DNA from: Lingula anatina
Lineage: Eukaryota; Animalia; Brachiopoda
Assembly (NCBI GenBank): GCA_051362555.1
Contig: CM120640.1
Span: forward strand, 5,270,001 to 5,334,000
Direction: 5' to 3'
Length of the DNA stretch: 64,000 bases
Each line of letters opens with the position of its first letter. The first letter of the stretch is position 1. The notes under the pieces are model-generated. The model was not told where the DNA came from. It saw only the letters and a program-made list of their open reading frames with translations, and did not search any database. Below, piece by piece: positions 1 through 14,800 of the stretch. A program made the translations under genes and the position numbers.

Positions 1-2167
1 TTTTTCACAGAAACTAGCTATGGCTGAATACCCAACTGCTGCTGGCAAATAAAGCTATCTTTCCTATTTACCAATTTACCTTCAACCTTCAGATGGATAT
101 TGACTGAATAGCCTTTTAACTTCAGGCCAAGCTTTCAAGGAATTATTTAGATTGTTTATTGGTCCTATTTTACTCTTACTGGCACTCCTAATTTTCAACT
201 TATAAATGGTGGTAGCTTTGGTAATAGAGATGTTTAAATGCATAACATCCTCCAGTGGTTATTTACAATTAGAAGAGAATGAATTGTTTTCATAGTATTC
301 TAAAAAACATTCTAAAATGTAGAGGAGTGATATGAAAATACGGCTTATTTTGTGAACAGAAATCACCTCTTTATATGATTCTGCTCGAAACAAAACAAAT
401 TATCTTATAGTAGTAAGGTTATTTAGTACAAGCTGGAATTTTTTCACTATTAACGTACAGCCAAAACTTGTGAGGGACCCTCATCAAGTCAGTCTGATAA
501 AGGCCTCTGACGGGTTTGGAGTAAGCTAACTGTGAGAAAATTATCAGTTTTTGCTAAATAGCCTTTATTAATCCAACTATCAAGCAAATTAACATTTTGA
601 TCAAAACAAGTATGTTTTGGATGTTTTTGAGAAAGTGTAAATAACATAACCAGAAGGTATTAGTAAAAGGCAGGTGCAGGTAAAATATTCAAGGTCAAGG
701 TCTACTTCTCAAATCACATTATTTGTTTTTACTTTATTAAGCGCACAGACATGGTGGTCTGGGCTGGTTAAAAAAATCAAAGGACTGAAGGATGTCCTGC
801 ACTTTTACACCAATATTTCAGTCTGCTTCAGTTCCAACATTAGCCATTTCTTTCATGTTATAAAACATGCAGAGCATTTGATCCAAGGTATCTACCACAA
901 ATGTACCTTTCAAATGTCGACCAATTTTAGTTTACAGTTTTAATGTGAAACTAGCCCCATGGGGACATTTTTAGATTTTTTTTTAGTCTTTTTGATATTA
1001 GGTACTTCAGGTTTAGCCCAGAATCTTTTTTTTTAATCAAATACAGGTAAAAAGAAGTAATATGGTTGTGGGAGTAAGTATCATGATTAGAATTTTAAGT
1101 AGTGTTGTTTCTAGACAAAATGAACCAGATTGATACACATTATTGCCATAAATCCATGTAACAACGGTATCTTTCCTTTTAACATTCTAAATACTAGGGG
1201 ATCTATGGTTGGGTAAGGAAGTTGAAAACTTTCTTTGAAATATGTTTACAGTTATTCACCCTGTTACTTTGTGGCTTAATTTTGTTGTTGGTGTATCTTT
1301 TTGCATTATTGCTTTGACCTTTAATTGAGTTTTGGGAGTATTAAGTTCCTGTTTTAATGTACTACCAGTGGTATAGCCAATGGATCATTCCACAGAATTT
1401 TCTCCATGGTGAGATATTTGCTGAGTCAGTAGATTTTTCCAATTTTTTTCTTTCCCACATAAATAATATGAATAACAATAAAAAAGAAAGAAAAAATTTG
1501 TAAGATATATTTATACACACACACATCTTTTAACATATAAAAAAATAATTGTGTGTTTCTTGTGTGTGTGTAATATTATGACAGAGAAATATGTGGAATG
1601 GCCCAAACTGAAAAACAAGAAAGTACTTCAAAATTCAAAGTCATGCCTCCTCTACACAAGGTATTTGGCAAGTAATTAAGTGTTTTGATTAAAAAACTAT
1701 TGAATATTTGATATGTTTTGGGTTCACATCTAGCAAAATCCTATCATGCCTACACAGAACATTATTTGAATTTATTAAAACTTACAAACTCATTAAGCCA
1801 AATTTTTTCTGAGAAATATTTTTTCTTATGGCCATGTTTTGATTTAACTGCACTTGGGGTCTTTGTTGTTGCACACAGCCTCTTTTCAATATTTGAAGAG
1901 TTTATGCATTTCTGATTCTCACATTTAATTGCGTATTCAAAAGGTGTTTACAAATGTGCGTGAGCCATATTGCACTGCATTGTGGCACAGTTTTTCAATA
2001 ATAACAACAAAGTGAGATAAAGAAAAGCTTTACTGCTTTACAGCTGTCATTCAATCAGTACAAGTGTTGCCAACACTCTGTGTGAGTTAGTTCAAAGGTG
2101 CATTTTTAAAAGTTTCTTCTTAAGTTGTAGACTGAGTAGTGTACTTGTGCATGCTTTCTGTGTGTAG

Positions 2168-5100
2168 GTGTCTGATGGTCATTTGTTGGACAATGTATCT
2201 TCATCTGTAGGCAACTTTGCCACAAAGGTGAGTACGTTACTTGTTACGTGGGTACGAAAACAATAATTGACTCAGTGAAGCAAACCAGATAATATACAGT
2301 ACAGGGACTCCCCTCTTGATTGGGATTTTCAGTTTAACCTTTGTAAATCAACTGAGACTTGGGTAAATAAAACAGTGAAAGAAAACCGGCTTTCTCTTCT
2401 GAATTTTATGTAGGTGTTACTGTGAGGGAGAAACCCTGTACCATTCCTTTCAAACTGGATTGCCACACAATCTAGACTTAATAATTATAAGTCTTATTTT
2501 TGGCACAGAATCTCATCTGGTTTGACATTTATGGTGGTCGTGAATAATGATACACACATTGTGAAAAACAGTTAAGTCAGAAAACCAACACTGTAGACAC
2601 CGCACATGTCTGCAAACCATGGTGCTAAAGTTCAGGAAAAAACGTGTTTAAAAAGATTGTGTCCCTTAGGAAGTTCATTTGAATTACGCTGAACTAATGG
2701 CATCGAACGAAAAACAAATTATCTGCGCAACGTGTGTAGTGTTAAAGGAGCAATCTGGATCTGCAAGAATGAATAGTCGATTGTATCAGCTTGGGTAATT
2801 GATTTGATTGTGAAGTTCCTCCTTATGCATATGTAAATTAACTCAAGATTGTGTTACAGAACTTTGTGGCTGTAAATGCAATCACTGGTTTTGGGCCTTG
2901 TGCATTAATTTGATTAGGAATTGATCAATGGATGCTTTCCTTTGACTTCATCTAGGTAAAGGATGGTTCCATTCTAAATGAAATGTCCACAGGAATGAGC
3001 AGCTTGGCATCAAAGGTGAGTCATTTTGCAAAACTTAAGCTTGGTTTATCTGCATTTTTTCTTACTATTTAACAAAGATCCCAATTTAAAATTTACCTAC
3101 AAAGTTTGCTTGGAAATTATTACCTGTAAACTATAGAATGTTTGAGGAGAAATTAGTTGCTAGAAGACCATGGTGTGTTCCTGAAGATTAATTTTGATAA
3201 AGTTTTGAAAAAAGTAAGGAATATTTGAATTGAAATATGATTTTGACAGAAAAAACAAAATGTTTACTTCTGTCTCAGACATGGGGAAATTGCCTGTCCA
3301 ACTGGTCTTGACCGCTTCAAATGCCAGAGGACCTGCGAAAATTTTTAAGTCGCAGGTCCTCTGAACTGGCAAGGTTTGTGTGAAAGTCCAGTACATTATG
3401 ATAAATTGCATGCAATCATAGACCTAATAAGATGCTAAGTTTGGACCAGCACAGAATTGGGTGGACCTGCAGATTTTTTGTAATACAGGTCCTCCGGACC
3501 CTCAGTATCTGCAAAGATTTTTTCTAATGACCGTTTCCTTGTTTTGTCTAAATCTAAAACAGCAATTGGAAGTAAATTTATCTGCTTACTTGTTTAATTT
3601 TTTAATATTGGTCGAAGTGAATGATTACTGAATGTGTTGTTATTATAGTCAGCTGAGTGATTATTGAGATTTGACACATAAGCAGTAATGAATATATGTG
3701 TTGTGTAGTGTGTACGTATTGCAAGCCACAAAGACGTAGGGTATAAATACATAGCAAGTGATCTTCAGATGGAAATACCATCAATAAGTAACTGATACCA
3801 GCATTTGTTAAAGTTCTGATACTCTTTAATCAATGCTGGTATCATAGTCTTACGTAAAGAAAAGAAATATTAGGTATCACCATGATAGACTTGGTGTACC
3901 ATCAAATGTTTCAGTTGCTTACAATGAAGTACAGACTGAATTTTAAGACAGTCTGAATTCTAAGGTGCTTTAAGACATCTTGACTTTCATTTATCAAATT
4001 GGCATTTTGCTTGAATAATCATTTTAAGGTTTTGCATTTGGTCATGCGTGTTATGATTAGTAATCAATAACATATTGACATATTAAGATCATCAGAAAGC
4101 TTCTACTAATCAAATGAATGTTAGATAAAAATAAAAACATGAACATCGAGAAAAAATCAAAGGGTTAGATAGAAGGCATTATTTTAAAGGAAATTGAGGT
4201 ATACATCTGGCAATGAATGTTATTTTGTTGAAGAAGCTGGGATCTACAGAAACCAAGCACAGGAACAATACATAGTGCCTCGATACGAAACCAGACAACT
4301 TTTGTGTTTTTAATCTCCAAAGACTATAAAAAAAACAATTAAGCTAAAAAATAGGCCAACAACATCAAGTTTCTTATGAGGTGAGATTGTATTTATTATA
4401 ATTTAAGATTCCAATAATAACAAATAAATATTTTGATTTTGCCAATTCGAAATGTTATAGCAAAACTTCAATTTTCACGAGACTATGAATCCCCTTCTGT
4501 AGATGAGGGCCATTGCCTCGCTTTCGAGATATTAAATCTGTCGGTCGTAACGTGTAGTTTAAGTTTAATATCTAATGTCGGTTAATTTCGCCTGTGAACA
4601 TGGGTTTTCTGACATGAATTATCTTAAATAAACCTTCCTACATTTTCGAATGCATTTTGTAGTAACATTCACATTTGCCAAGAAGAGTATTTTCCTGATC
4701 AGGAGTGGGGGAAGGGTGGAAAATCCCCTTGGGGCCACATATAACACAATAAATACGAAGGGAATCCCCCTACAATGAAGGGAAATTGAATGTTATTCTA
4801 AATAGTCCGATGGATTTGCTTTTTAATAAATACAATCAACAAAAGTTTAAGCAGTAATGAATATATATGTGTTGTGTAGTGTGTACGTATTGCAAGCCAC
4901 AAAGACGTAGGGTATAAATACATAGCAAGTGATCTTCAGATGGAAATACCATCAATAAGTTACTAATACCAGCATTTGTTAAAGTTCTGATACTCTTTCT
5001 TATATAATAATATAATAAATATTTCTAATATAATTTCTCAAAACAACACCAGAAAGCTAATTGAATAAAATCAAACAGACAGTAAATACCGGCAGGCTTT

Positions 5101-8100
5101 GTCAATTTCACCATTTGTTTATTTCAAACAGCGCACTTTTCCCACATGCACAGTAGTTTGAATCCTGTGCTCAGAAACCATTGTTTACTGCCTGACAAAA
5201 GAGGGCACTGCATTCTTTTCCTTAAAGAGGGGATAATAATAATAATAACAAAGATTTAGTCTTACATGTCAAATTATTTTCATTTTCATGAGATTGTTGT
5301 AATTGTTCTTTTTGATAGCACTAGTCATCTAATCAAACCTTTAAGTAATGTATAAACAACTTACAGATGTCAATGCGCTTTTAAATGTTTTGCACCTAAA
5401 TCAAAGTATCATGTAAGTACCATGTGTTTGAACTTATCATTATTATGTGAGATAATTGCTCAAGCTCTACTTAGACTATATCATGATTTGAGACCGGTTA
5501 GTGTCTTGGCCATATGTATAGAGGTTGAGCAAATTTCATACTACATAGAATTTTGCCTTAAAACTCCCCATTGTTCCAAAATCTTGAATTTAAACAGATC
5601 TAAATTTTTGGTGATGAGAATCACTTACAGTACTCTGAAACAAAATTCTGTGAAACAGCTACGTTTCGCTCTTATCACTAGAGCGTCCTCACTAGGACAA
5701 GTCTGTTGAATCAACATCACATATTTATTTTCGTTATCCCTGTCTCTCTTAACTCCAGTTATGTTTGCTTTATTGGAAAAACCTGTCCAACCTCTGACAT
5801 CTTACAAACATATTCGTAAAAGATATCGTTACCTGATTTTTAGCATCTAGTTTGCATGTATTACATAGGGGAAATAGAAAGTTTTCAAATCTTCTTCTTG
5901 AACATATTTCACAGATCTCCAGTGCCAGCACCAAAGGCTGGAAGGACATTAATCAGATGTTCAGCAATGATAGGCGAGCTATCACAGCCAATGATGGCGG
6001 CCCAGGGGAAGGGTCTTCACTGCTGGGAGGAGGCGGCTATGGTTCCACCACAGGAAGTATGAGGTAATCAGGCCTTACATTACTAAAGAACAGTATTACC
6101 CTCTATGTATTACTAAATGGTTTGGTTTCTATAGCATGTTATATTGCTGATTTAGACTTGTGAAGAATGTTCTTTGTATACCCTTATTGCATATTTTAGA
6201 TAATCTGAACCTTTGCTTTTTCACTTCTATGAAAATTTATGGATATTTCAGGTTCAGTAGCATAAATAGTAATTCAATATAGCACCATGGAGTAAAAAAA
6301 GTCCATTGCTCAGTACTTCATGGTTACCAGTTGCTTTGATTGCAGTAGCTGTGATTAACAGCACAATTGCAAATCTAACTTTCACTGCTAGGAATCCAGT
6401 GAGGGTTAGGCCACTACTATTATTTTTATATTTGACAGGCCGATTAATTATACATTATAATTGAGGGATTGATGGCAAATTATTTTTCTAATAAATTACG
6501 AAAGTATACCATAACAGTTTACACAGTGCATAGTGGTAATATTGATGTCCTTGTCTGCATACATCTAGACACAAAGAGAAATTAGTTTTTTTTTTCCTAT
6601 GTTTTTAAGGATAGTCTACTGTCATGGCAAGAGATTTCCAATTCTGGTAATTTCTGATTATGTTTAATTCTTTATTTATTTATTATTATTATTATTTCAT
6701 AAAAGACATCAACAGGTCTGGAGTAAATATTGAAATAAGCCCTTTATAATAAGGCCTTTATTATAAAATAAGGCCTTTATATTTTACTTTGAACATTCAG
6801 ATTGCTCTCTTTATTTTCAAAATATAATAAATTACAATTTTTCTTTCCAATCTAAAGCCTAGAGTGAAAATAAAGTCATTTTCAAGAAACAAAATAAAAA
6901 GCTACATTTTGTTTACCTTTCAGTTTATAGGAAACAATGACTATTTACAACATCATTAATGACACAAACCAAATTACTTTGAATTTGACAATAGCTTGAC
7001 TTACATTATTAATGGCTAGAAAATGTGTACAGACTTCAGATGAGGTTAATGTTGTTTTGCAAACAGTTTTTTAAAGTGATATCACCTTGTAAGCCAAAAC
7101 AACATGAATGAGGGCGAAAGTCCATGATTATTTTATGTTATTCAATGGCTGAATGTCAATGTCCTCCTAAATAAAATTAAAAGCTGCAGCTTTCCAACAT
7201 TGCTGTAGGCTGATTGATGGCATTTCCTTTTCTCAGATTGGTCTAAAATTGGTGATTACATCATTGGTCAGTAGCATGTTTGAGGATGATGCCAGTGGCC
7301 AATATGATGTTTTATCAGATCTCAAATTCAGGGATAGAAGATTTTAATCTGTGCAAATAATAAAATAAATTAAATTATTGATTTGGACTTTACTTACAAC
7401 AAAATACAAATTACATTAACTGAAAATACTTTTTTAGATATACAATTGCCACTGTTCATGATGGCATGCCTTTCTCATCTTTTCTTTAATATACATTTCA
7501 ATCGTCTCAAAATTGGTGACGAACTTGATCCAACATATATCAGTTGGAGTCAATGCATGCTCTTCAAACACACAGGCACAAGGTCCATTTATACCTTCGT
7601 CAAGACATCTTTCTTTTTCTTCCTCCTCCACTTACAGCACATGACCATCAGTACTGCAGTCAGTGCCACACACACCACCACCAATGCAATACACATATAA
7701 AGGAAGGTGTACCTATGGTGGGATAGGCCAGAGAGACTGCCATATGAGCCTGAGCCAGTCACAACCTCTTCACAGGCATGATAACTAGGGGGCTTCCTCG
7801 TCCTGGTGGTCACACACACCAAGTAATGATGCCCAGGGGTCAGTCCTGTTATATTATACTGAGTGATAGTGTTTCCATCTAAGAGGTAGCCACGGACTTC
7901 TTTCTCTCCAAACAGTCTGTATGTGATTTTGTATCCCTGGGTCTCGGCCAGATAGGCCCCGTGGACTTTCCAGGATAAATGTGAATAACTGGAGTGAGGT
8001 AGAACTTGTAGAGACAGTTTAGAAGAGTCCACTATAGCCCCTGGTGAGGCAAGGTACACAGTTGAGGCATCCTTGTGAGGGTAGTTTGGCTCTCTCCTTT

Positions 8101-11100
8101 GCTCAGACTTCTCTTCAGGTGCCAGTGAAAAACCTTTCCAAGGTCCTGTATCAAATGTTTTGCTGGGTGAGACAGTAGCAGATTGCATGATTGTGGTAGT
8201 TGTGCTGTTACATCTGGATGCATTGTCACTGTACTTGCACCTGTGAACAATGAATGAGGAGACTTTCCTCACGCGGTTCCTACCACCAACTTGTGTCACA
8301 CACCTGGCGCGGGTGTCTGGGTATGCCACCAGCCACGCCAGCCCACAGTCACACTGCAGTGGGTTGTGTGAGTAGCTGAACACAGATAATTTTGACAGCC
8401 TTTCAAATATGCACTGAGGCAGCTGTTTGAGATTGTTATGGTTTATATCCAAACTAGTCAGGGAGTTCTCAAGGCCGTAGAATGATCGAGGCTCCAAGAG
8501 TTGGATCTCATTGCCTTTCAGAGCCAATGTTTTCAGTTGACTTTGGTTCTTGAAAACATAAGCAGGGACTGCCCTTAATTTATTATTTGACATTTTGATC
8601 TCCGAAAGAAGTTGATGATTTTGTAAGAATTCTACTGGAATTTGTTCAAAGATGTTGTCTGACAGATCCAATTTTCTCAACTTTGATAGACTAGTCCACA
8701 GACTTTGTGGTATGCTTGCAAGCAGGTTGTGTGCTACATACAACTCCTGCAGGTTAACCAAATGTACTAAACCTGCAGGCAGTGCCTTCAAACCCATGCC
8801 AGTCAGCTTGAGCTTGATCAGCTGATAACTGTGCTCTCCAGGTGGCTCAAATACAATGCTACTCATGTTGTTTTGTGATAGATCCAATTCTTTGAGTTGC
8901 TTGAAGGTTGCCAAGAAACGCCTGGGAAGTTTATCAAGTTTATTGTTTGCAAGATTGAGCGTCATGACTATTTTGTCATATCTCCCCATTCCGTCCTTAG
9001 GTACTCTATCAATAAGGTTGGACTGAAGATGGAGGGATTGCAGCACTTCTAGTGACTCCAAGGAATCAAAAACTTTGCAGTCCAACAGATTTTTACCAAG
9101 GCTTAAATGCTGAAGACTGGTCTCTGTGCCATAAAAGGCAGTTGTTGGCAGGGTTCTGATCTGATTGTTGTGGAGGTATATGTGTTTTAACTGTCTTGGA
9201 CCATGAAAAGCCATAGGAGAGATACTGGTAATCTTGTTATGATCTAGGTTCAGATGTTGGAGACTTTCAAGAAGCTGAAATGTTCCTACAAATATTGCAG
9301 TAATTTGGTTTCCATCCAGAGACAAAGAAACAAGGCTCTTGAGACCTGCATGGGTTAAATTCTGTTTGAAATATACTCCCTTAATTTTATTCCCACTTAG
9401 GTCTAATACTTTTATGTTGTTCAGCCTGGATAAGGCCCCAAAGGGCATCAGTTTAATGCCATTGTTACTGAGGTATAAATGTTCTAGGCTGTTCTCTAAG
9501 CTTACGAATGCAAGAGGGTCTATGGTGTCAATGCAGTTCTTGGTCATTGACAGGAGAGTTAGGTTTGTGTTAATGAATGCATTACCTGAGATTGTGTGAA
9601 AACAGTTGTACGACATAGACAATCGTTGAAGTTTTCGCAAATTTTGAAATGTCCTCTGTGGGATTTCTTGTATTCCACAGTGATCAATGCTTATTTCTTC
9701 TATGTAGTCCTCTAAACCTGTGAATGCCGAGCCGGACAGGGTCAACTCTATATTGTATGATAAATCCAGCTTCTGCAGTTGCAAACCCATAAAAGGGCTG
9801 TTCCTCACATGTGTTATGATGTTATGGCTGAGATCCAGCACATCTACCACATTATTGCTGGTTAATTGGAGCTGTGGAACAAAAGGGGAAATCCTTTTCC
9901 TCTGACAATTGATGACCCATGCCTCCACCCCCTTGTCTGTGACTCTCTTCTGGCAGACACATGGTTCTGGTACAGGGCACTTGCTGGCAGTGGCAGTGTT
10001 GGAGAGCAGTGTGGTGAGGTAGAAAATCAAGATCACATGCCTCCACATGCTGGATGCTGGAATGGAATCAAAATAGATCATACTTGTGTAATCACCTCCT
10101 TTTCTGTTACATAGATTTAAGTAAGAGGCACATGTTAAATCAGTCTAGCAGATTGTAGCATTGAGCATTGAATGATAGCTTTGTTTCTTAAGTTTCAATT
10201 GCCTTAGATTCTATTTAAAAATCAATTAAAAAATGATGTGCAGACACAGGTGGTAAAGTTGGCATGTTAAGTACAATAACCTTTATGAAGCTATGTATAA
10301 CGTTATATGAAGTTATATATGAAGTAATATATAGTCAAAGATTGCCCTCCACTTGTGTGCAGTCACAGGTATTTTTCTTTTTATTTTCTCAAATGTCAAA
10401 GGTTCTAATGGACATATGGCAGTCTGTGTGATATATTAAATCTGGGAAATATTCTCCTTTTGGCTCCTTACCATGAGGTTCAGTTGTCAAAAATTGAATC
10501 TGCATGATTTTGTTCATTATTTTTCTTCCCTTGTGCAGCCATGCTTCTTGCCAATTACATCACATTTCCTGTAAATTGAGGAAATTGAAGTTCGTTAGCA
10601 TCATATTGTGAAAAAAATTACTCATATGTTTCATAGAATAAAGTCCTTTAAATTCCGGGAAAAATCTGTACTTTTCTTACCTCTGAGTCATTTTTGAAAA
10701 TTAATTTTTTTCTAACTCAAACTGTCCATATTGAATGGTTATAGATTTTATTATCAAAACAAACATGTTAAATACATATATCTTTTACACTGAGTATTTT
10801 CTTATATAGGCCATATGTTGGTTTATTGATCAGAGATGATAAAAAATAGTCATATTGCCGTTCATTTCTGAAACAAAATGAGACAAGTGTCTCCTCACAT
10901 ATCCCTGGCAATAGTAAGACTCAAGCTGATATATTGATCACAGATACAATAGAACCATGGTGTTATTTGAGAAGGCAGGAAATCAGCCAAGTGTCTCTTA
11001 CCCAGTCTCCATTTTACATTAAACTGTTTTATTTTCATAAAATCAAAAATACAGTGTTTGTCTTTTAATACAAGGAAATTTCTTTTCCTGTGACTGGCAT

Positions 11101-11811
11101 ATGGCAATTTTAATCTCATTTTTTTGCAGTTACACAGAAAAAAAATTAAACTGTAAATCTGACATTTATGAAAGATCTCGTATGACACAGTCAATAATGA
11201 ATTGATCCCACCAAATTTATGAGACAACTTGTGCATCTTGCTTCATGAAGTATTATGTTTTCTGAGAGAAGAAGTATCAGATATTATTTCGTTCTACTAC
11301 ATGTAGCTGCATAAAACTGGGATTATACTGGAGTCAGGTTGTCTTTATGTCTGCGTCCTTCAATCTGTCCTGGTATAATACTATTTGGAACTCAAGTCTC
11401 ATAAGGGGCTCTTGGATGTGTTGGACCAAATGCTCTCCTTGACTTTTCATGGCCACAGAGGTCAGATTTATATATAAGGAAAAACTTAAGAAATAGTTCA
11501 CTCAAAAAGATATGGAACTTTAGAAATAGTTCACTCAGAAAGAAATGGGATTTAAAAACCTGATCAGTATGAAGTTTAGGTGTCTACTAGATATGTTGTG
11601 TACGCGAGGGTGTTGCCATGGAAACATTGATGTCTTCCCCTTCAATTCCCCTCCATAAGAGAAGCACTTGGAAAGCTGTTTAACACCTTCAATACACCAT
11701 CTGGCACTGGTTTATGTCATCAGAAGGAGAAAAAAGATGGTGTTTAGTGATGGAATTTTATATCCTGTATAGCATGAATTATATTTAAATAAAGAATACA
11801 TTTAGATCGGT

Positions 11812-11865
<54 letters not shown>

Positions 11866-14800
11866 TGGAAGGTATTGAAATCCATTCACATGAGTACTAT
11901 GTGAAATTCCATAATTTTGTACCCTTTTTCAGAACTGTGTGCTTTTCTTTAAGACTACTAGATAACTGAACAATGAAAGTATCTCGTCATGCAACCATAT
12001 TACCATATATTATGTAAAAAAACACTGGATATGCTATTATTCAGTTGTTTCATCTGATCTCAGAACAACAGCATCTCCTGCTGCGGGTACCCAGTATTTA
12101 TACATATATGGGGATGAAAAATATTACACATGACATAAATATAAAAGGATCTGAACCAATCTCATTCAGCTTATTTGGGATGGGTATACAAATCTTGCAG
12201 TATAAATAACATATTCTGGTGACTAACTAGTTTATCTCGTGACTGATGAACTTGATAACATTTCTGCTTCACTATAAATACTGCTATACATACTATGAAA
12301 AAAAAACATTTTTTATGGTCTTTAGATTGGATGGTAAAACAGATATTTTTTACCAAGACTAAATAACAAGTCTTGGAGTCATGGCTCATGCGTGCAGGAG
12401 GACATCCTCTGCTTGATCAAGGCCCATAAATGGTGAATGCAGATGTTGTGTATGGCTTGTTACCCAGTCTAAGTCAAAATAACTTTAATGATCTACTTTA
12501 AATATTTCCAACTTAAGTTGGTCGGTGAATAACCACGTTAAATTTCATCCGTGTCTTTTAAATCTTTATCTGATAGTTATTATTTGTCGGAGAATGACCA
12601 CATTAAATTTTGTCCATGTCTTTTCAGTCTTTACTACAGTAGTAACACTGCTTAAATATCAATAAAACAACATAATGGTGTTTGGTAAGAAAACTTGTTC
12701 AAAGGTAAGACCCTGTTTCGGGTGAAATGCAAAACTGAAGGTCTTTTACATTTTTTTTAAACTAATTAAAACCTACCAGTTAGGAAATATTAAACCTTAC
12801 TTATAAAAACTAACTAGTCAGGAAATCATTCCTTATGATATAAAATACAACACCTATAAATTCTGTAATGAGATGAAGTTAAACTGTATACAGCGTCTCT
12901 TCCTCCCATGGATCTCTTACCTAACAGCAGGACTTCTTGCTCTTCTATGCAGTACTGGTCAGATTACGAGATAGGCAATAGCATATATCCCTAGCACATT
13001 CCCTTATAACCTCCAGTGAGAATAAATGAACAATACATATATTTACTACATCCTATCCTTTATCATAACTGTGGAAGTAGGATTTACACATTAGAATAGC
13101 TTGTTTCCAGTGTTACAGCTTCTATGAGTCATATTCTGTAATGAGAAGGGTATGATATTGTTGTCATAGTTGTCATGTGTAAATAAGATTCCATCATTAT
13201 CACTAGAGCACTGAAATGGAGGTCAGTGAAAACTGTAGTATTGATGGATTCTTGATGTAATGTAATGTACCACAGAGCGCATTATTTATTTACGTTGTAA
13301 TTGTAGTTATGAAAACATGTACTCAAAGAAATCCTACTGTTTTATATCTACAATATCATGGCTTAATGGGACCCCCAGGAAAACAATCTGGTAGACTGAC
13401 ATTTGATGAAACGTGGAAATCATGTTAAGAATTACTTTTATACCACATTACCTAGAATTCAAGTGCCATAGTTACCATACTTCCCTTGTCATATTGGAAA
13501 ACATTTTCCTGGAAATACATTTTCATTTACCTATCTGAAAACTGTGAGGTGAAGTTGAATTGTGAAAAGCATTTATTAAGATTTAGATAATGGTTTAGTT
13601 ACATTTATGTGCTACAAGTGAATCAGAATTACCTTGCCACATATTGATTACAACTATACTTTTCATGAAAGAAATTTGGCAGGTCCTGCAATCCAGAGCC
13701 ATTTTACTTTTTTTTTCAATGAATGTAATTAATATACCTTAAAAAATCTTTTAGAAATTAATGTTCTGTGAAGAGCGATAAATTGGACTTAACCAATAAA
13801 TCTTTATGACAACACCCCCTCCCTCAGAGTCATTTCTGTACTTGAACTCATTCAACACTAATGACATCAATTAAAGCACTTTTACACACTTAAAATATCT
13901 AAGGTTCTCACATGAAAATATATCATTGAATTAACATTTGATGGAACAAAACTTAACATGTGTAAACATTGTTTTTTGTCTAATTTGTTTCTTTAAAATC
14001 TTGAACCAGTTCCTTCTGCAGCAGCAAAATTCATTTTTACTATATTTTTAATGTTCAATCATTTTCTCTTCCATATTTACACACATGCAGACTCAGATAA
14101 AACACTTACATAGTTGTAGTAACCTTTTTCTGTAAATGTTTACAATCGTTGCCCTTGAACTTCGCCCTTGTGGTCTACCTTTCAGCTATTTCTCTTAGCC
14201 CCTGCATTATATAGCCTTCTGAAGAACATTAATGGTCTGTTTACAACCTCCTAAAGTCAACCTCTGACAAATGGATTTTTACATGCAATTTGAGTTAAAA
14301 TGCAAATTGTTTTCTTTATTGCACAGGGTCTTGAGTAAGTGTGTATTTTCATAACAGCAGCACTAATGAGTAGAAATGATTTCACAATTGCAAACAAAAT
14401 GGAAGCAGGTGATCAAATTTATCCATCTGTTTCAGCATTTCATCACTATTCTGATGAATGTTGTGGTGTCAAACTGAAAGCTAAAATTTGAAAAGGGGTA
14501 TTCTGCATCTCTGACAGCTGCTGTATTTATTTTCTGACTTGACAGGAAGCAGCTAGTTACATGTGAACATTTAACACCTCTAGATTGAATAAAAATTTTC
14601 AAGCTTATGATAAAATCACTAGTAAGAAAAATATCAATTTTGTAACAATTCTTAAATATATAAGTTGGTATTGGTAGTTCAGAAAGACCCAAGATGAGCT
14701 GACCAAGAACCTTTTTTCGAAGTTACACGGTGAAGAATCCGCCCTTTTGTTCTACTCTTTTTATTGCGTTATATGCTGTGAGTTTTAGGGAGAAGTACAG

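Noticed and set aside
674-943. 89-aa ORF with a possible acceptor near 748
   Set aside because: No recognisable homology and no good donor; probably intronic.
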